DNA of 64,000 nt, taken from NCBI GenBank assembly GCA_043228905.1, contig JBHGNT010000016.1:9238001-9302000 (forward strand), given 5' to 3'. A program made the translations under genes and the position numbers. This document shows positions 59,608 to 64,000 of this stretch, in pieces. Source of the stretch: Azolla caroliniana. Its lineage: Eukaryota > Plantae > Polypodiophyta. A model generated the notes under the pieces. That model did not search any database. It had not been told where the DNA came from and was given only the letters and a program-made list of their open reading frames with translations. Each line of letters begins with the position of its first letter. The stretch's first letter is position 1.

Positions 59608-62499
59608 GTCATGATATGGCAAGACTCGAACCCATGACCTTATGCTACATGGGTCGAGCTCATGACCATTAGACTATACATTGTAATACGTAGAATATTA
59701 TTTTCATTTATGTTTTATTATAGAAAATTGATGTATATTCCAGATTTCTCTGGAACATTCTAGAAACTTCAGGGGTATTCGATTTGATCGTCTCCAGGGA
59801 GCTCGGTATTTTACGAAACTTGATCTCCGTACTGGCTACCATCAAATTCATATAAGTGAGGAAGATGTTCCTAAAACGGCATTTCGTATGTGCTATGATG
59901 ATTATGAGTTTCTGGTTATGCCTTTTGGTTTGACCAATGCTCCGGCTACATTTCAACAAGAAATGAATGACATTTTCCGAGACCAACTTGGAAAATTTGT
60001 CATTATTTTCTTGGATGATATTTTAGTTTATAGTCGTAAATTACAAGAACATGCTAAACATCTCCGCTTTGTTTTACAAACATTGCGTGACAAACAATTT
60101 TATGCGAAGATCTCAAAATGTGAGTTCTTCAAGAAATCAATTACTTATCTTGTACAAACATCTTCATTTCTTTTACCCAATCTTTCAAAACCTTTTGAGG
60201 TTGAAACTGATGCCAACGATTATGCTATAGGTGTTGTCTTATATCAATATGGTAAACCAATAGCATTCAAGAGTAAGAAACTTAATTCTGCTCAATGTCG
60301 GTATACCGTTCAAGAAAAGGAATTATTTTCAGTTATACATGTGCTCAAAACATGACGCCATTATCTTTATGGAAATCGCTTTGTGGTAACTACGGACCAC
60401 GAGTCCTTGAAATATTTTTGCGACCAACAAGACCTGAAAGGTCGCAAGGCACGATGGGCTGATCTCATTCAGGACTTTGCTTTTTCCATACAATTCGTAA
60501 AGGTTCCATGAACACTGTTGTGTATGCACTAAGTCGCATCCGTGAAATTAACATACTTACATTCACTGAAATATCACCAAATCTTCATGATCACCTTTCA
60601 GGAAAGTATCCTAATTACAATTATTTTGCAAAATATTGGGCAAGAGTTGAGTCTGGAATAGACACCACCACATCCTCGAAGGAATACTTCCACATTGCTA
60701 ACAGTCTGCTCTACCGTAATGGGAAGGTTTGTGTTCCAGATTTTCCTGAGGTTATAAAGAGGTTCTTTTTCAATGCCATGATGCACCCTTAGCCGGGCAC
60801 CTTGGAATACATCGTACACTTGTTCTCATTTCCACTCAATTTTATTGGCCTAAGATGTGTCCTGACATACATAGTTATGTGACTAAATGTTACCAATGTC
60901 AGGTCAACAAAGCCGACCGACTTAAAGCCGCAGGACTTTAACATCCCTTGGGCATTCCCAATAACAAGTGGGAAAGTATATACATGGATTTTATTGTTAG
61001 CCTTCCTCGCACCCAAAAAGGCCATGATGCCATCTGGGTTGTGGTTGATAGACTAACTAAAATGGCCAAATTTATTGCTACTAAAACCACGGTAACAGCT
61101 CCTGAATTGGCTTACCAATTCGTGGACGAGTTATTTCGTTTTTATGGGTTACCGATGGATGTCGTGAGTGATCAAGATCCAAAATTTACTAGTGACTTCT
61201 GGACGCAAGTCTTTAAGAAGTTAGAAACTACGTTGAGCATGAGCTCCACGGATCATCGTCAATCCGATGGACAAACAGAACGAGTAAATCAAATTATTGA
61301 GGACATGCTTTGAGCATATGTTGGTACAAAACCAACAAAATGGAAATGCTACCTCCCAATTTTGGAGTTTTCTTATAACAGCTCCAAGCATACGTCGACG
61401 GGATATAGTCCTTTTATGTTGATGTATGGTTTTCAAACACGAGCCCCGATTGATGTTAATATACATCATGATGAGTTGCGAAGTACACAAAAATTTCTTC
61501 GGGATATGCAAGATATGTTGCATATTGCACGAGATAATATAAAAACAACAACACGTTTTTATGCTGATCATAATAGGCAACCTCGTGTATTCAACCATGG
61601 ACAGAAGGTATTTTTACGTGTCCCTCATAATTCTAAGACATTGTCTAAGGGTAAGTGTGAATAAGTTAGCCCCACGGTTTTGTGGACCTTTTACAGTCCT
61701 CAAATGCATTGGGTCATCAACCTATCGTCTCGCTCTTCCAGATGGAGTTGAAATTCATCCAGTTTTTCATGTGAGTCGTCTAAAAGAACTTCTAGGTTCT
61801 GGCAACAATATAGTTACAACTCAAACTCTGGTTACTTCTGAAGAATTATCTTCTAAACCACATTTACTAGAAAGAATTCTCGATATTAAAACAAAAAAAT
61901 TACGTCCTAAAGAAATCCGAGAATTTAAAATAAAATGGATGGATAAATCAATAAAAGATGCCACATGGGAACGCGAAAATACGCTCAGAACTAACTTCCC
62001 TAACTTTCCGTTGCAAGAGTGGAATGTTTTAAAGAGGGGGAGTATGTTATGGGCATGACCATATAATATCCCGTGGTGAGAATTTACCGTAGTATTCTAT
62101 ACACGTGGATAAGTGTGAGGGTTAAACAAGAGTGTAAGGAAGGGCAGGATTACTTTTAAACCTCGGGATTGGGACAACCCATTAGGCCAAGTGTGAACAT
62201 GGTTGGGGGCCTTGGGTATCGCTATAAATAAGAGGCCAAGCTACCCTCATTTGATCATCTTGTTGACTACATCGAGACTTTGTCTTGTGGTGGGTCAACT
62301 CTTGTAGCGAGCGCCAGCACCAAGTACGACTCGACGCCACAGCGGTGGTATATGGGACGTCGATCGAGGCTCGAGTCCGTCTCGATCCCTTCACTCGGGG
62401 GTGGTCGGGTGGATCAGCACCCTTCTTTCTCTCTCCTTTCTATCTATTTATTTATATTCTATCCTTATCTAATTCTTACATTAGTTCATGTCTCTTACA
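59608..62499 (+). mobile_element. Chimeric remnant: first 170 bp of a Tcn1-like LTR joined to degenerate chromovirus pol (RT-RH-INT-chromo), PPT and family F 3' LTR 62045-62499
   Basis: 59608-59779 resembles 47765-47930; [32 protein letters not shown]; PPT AAGAGGGGGAG. Confidence 0.82.
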
Positions 62500-64000
62500 C
62501 TGGGTCTTCAAGCGCAACAGCATGAGGAACGTCATCCGGAGCAGACACTGGAACCGCTAACCCACTGGCTAAAAAAAGAGCATGAACCAAGGCCAGAGTT
62601 AGTGCAATAGTTTGCTGCCCACACACAACACAGAACATGCCGACAATGGTTAAAGTGGCTCGGAGAACAAGTAGCCGGTGTGGCCAACCGAATGGAGGAC
62701 GAACAACGGCAAGTCAGAAGTCAAGCGGAATGGTTGCTAGCCACAACTGAAGAATTAAAGAAGGCTCGGGCATAAATCCGGATCCTGGAGGAAGAGTTGA
62801 AAAGGGCCAAGGAATACGTGGTCATCATGGCTAACATGGGACAACAAAGTGCAGTAACGGAGTTGGTGCCACCGGCTAATCTACAAAAGGAAGCTCCGGA
62901 AACGGATGCACAACCGGTGGTTAGTACAACCCCGAAGAAGAATGTTGAGAGAGAACAAGAAATGTTAGCCTTAAGTGAGGAATTAGCCACTCCAGAAACA
63001 TTGAGAGAGAGAGAGAGAGAGTGCAAAAGCAGACAGCTGAAGAAGAGAAGCGGAGAATAGAAGAAAATCTTCGGAAAAGTCAAGCAAACAACGACCGACT
63101 GAAGGAGGAAAGAGAAAAAATGTTGCAAGAGAAGGATAATCTCAGGAGAATGGCAGGGATGGAAATAGAGCGGTTGAAAGAAGAAATCCGGTAGCAGAAG
63201 GAGAGAAAGGATCGAGCGCGCTCCTAGATAAACCGCCGGCTAAAGCAGAAAATAGAGGATTTTGAAAAGTTGCACCAGGACCACAAGCAACTAGACACCG
63301 AACATAAGAAGCTTGGGTCGGAATTCGACCGGCAAGAAGAAAAGTTGAAAGAAATCCAGAAGAAACTGGCCAAGAAAATGGAGGCACTGGTGGACGAACA
63401 AACCAAGCCGGTTGCTACGGTGAAGGCACTCGCAGAAGCGGCAAAGGAAAAAATGGGGCTAAACAAAAAACACTATGAAGAAGTAGAACGGGCAAAAATG
63501 GCTTTGGATAGGGTCCAAACAACCTACCAAACCTAGTTGGTGAACTATGAAGTGTAGGCTTAGGCTACCGCCACCCTCATTAAGAAGTTGAAGGAGGACA
63601 AGCAAGCTACGGAGGACAAGACAAAGCTTGGAGTGGGCCGGATCCAGGCGATGGTGAAGGCATGGAAAGATCACACACAGAAGAATATCGACAACAGCTC
63701 GGTGAGCTGGTGGACTCAATGGTCACGACAAGCGGCGAAGTTACAGGTCCACGGAGCAAATGCAGAAAATTGGAGGAAGGCAGGCAACAACTTTTACAAG
63801 ATGGATGAACAAAGTATTGTCACCATCTGTGAGGAGTTGGCAAACAACTTCTTTTTCTTGGCTGGAGCTCAACTCGAACCCGTCCGGAGGCTGATTGAAA
63901 GACTTGATGATGATTAGCTTGGAACACAACTTCAGCTTGAGCAATTCAAACGGGAGCGTCGGCGGCTGGAAGTAGAAAAACAAACAGCGGTAATAAATAT
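62500..64000 (+). pseudogene. Degenerate coiled-coil accessory ORF of a further Tat-like element
   Basis: WSRQAAKL...ENWRKAGNNFYKMDEQSI..EELA aligns with the C-terminal part of the 1-2300 ORF. Confidence 0.78.

Noticed and set aside
47391-62499. One giant family F element bounded by LTRs at 47391 and 62499
   Set aside because: Flanks CATAG and CTGGG are not a TSD, the LTRs differ at many sites, and the interior is a patchwork

Overview
Eukaryotic plant nuclear DNA. The PLS-E PPR gene, Tcn1-like chromovirus and GA-rich promoters suggest a non-seed plant such as a fern, but that is inference. A gene island at about 19.9-33.9 kb holds three + strand genes: a 6-exon two-RRM-like protein with a probable organellar presequence, a 4-exon OST5/TMEM258 gene, and an intronless PLS-E PPR gene without DYW. 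It is flanked by dense nests of Ty1/copia and Ty3/gypsy LTR retrotransposons, solo LTRs, two MITEs and a LINE scrap. One chromovirus (47765-53529) is intact and young. It shows a Tf1-type self-priming PBS and a G_UUA_AAC plus pseudoknot -1 frameshift signal. The most novel signal is a tRNA-Arg-primed, Tat-like gypsy lineage carrying a large uncharacterised accessory ORF 3' of pol. Diverged pieces of that ORF occur at five places in the window, one of them inside an unrelated element. In the one copy whose 3' end is visible, the polypurine tract appears to be replaced by a tRNA-Arg 3'-end mimic (an inverted PBS). A 56-bp-period hairpin array lies in another element's 5' leader.
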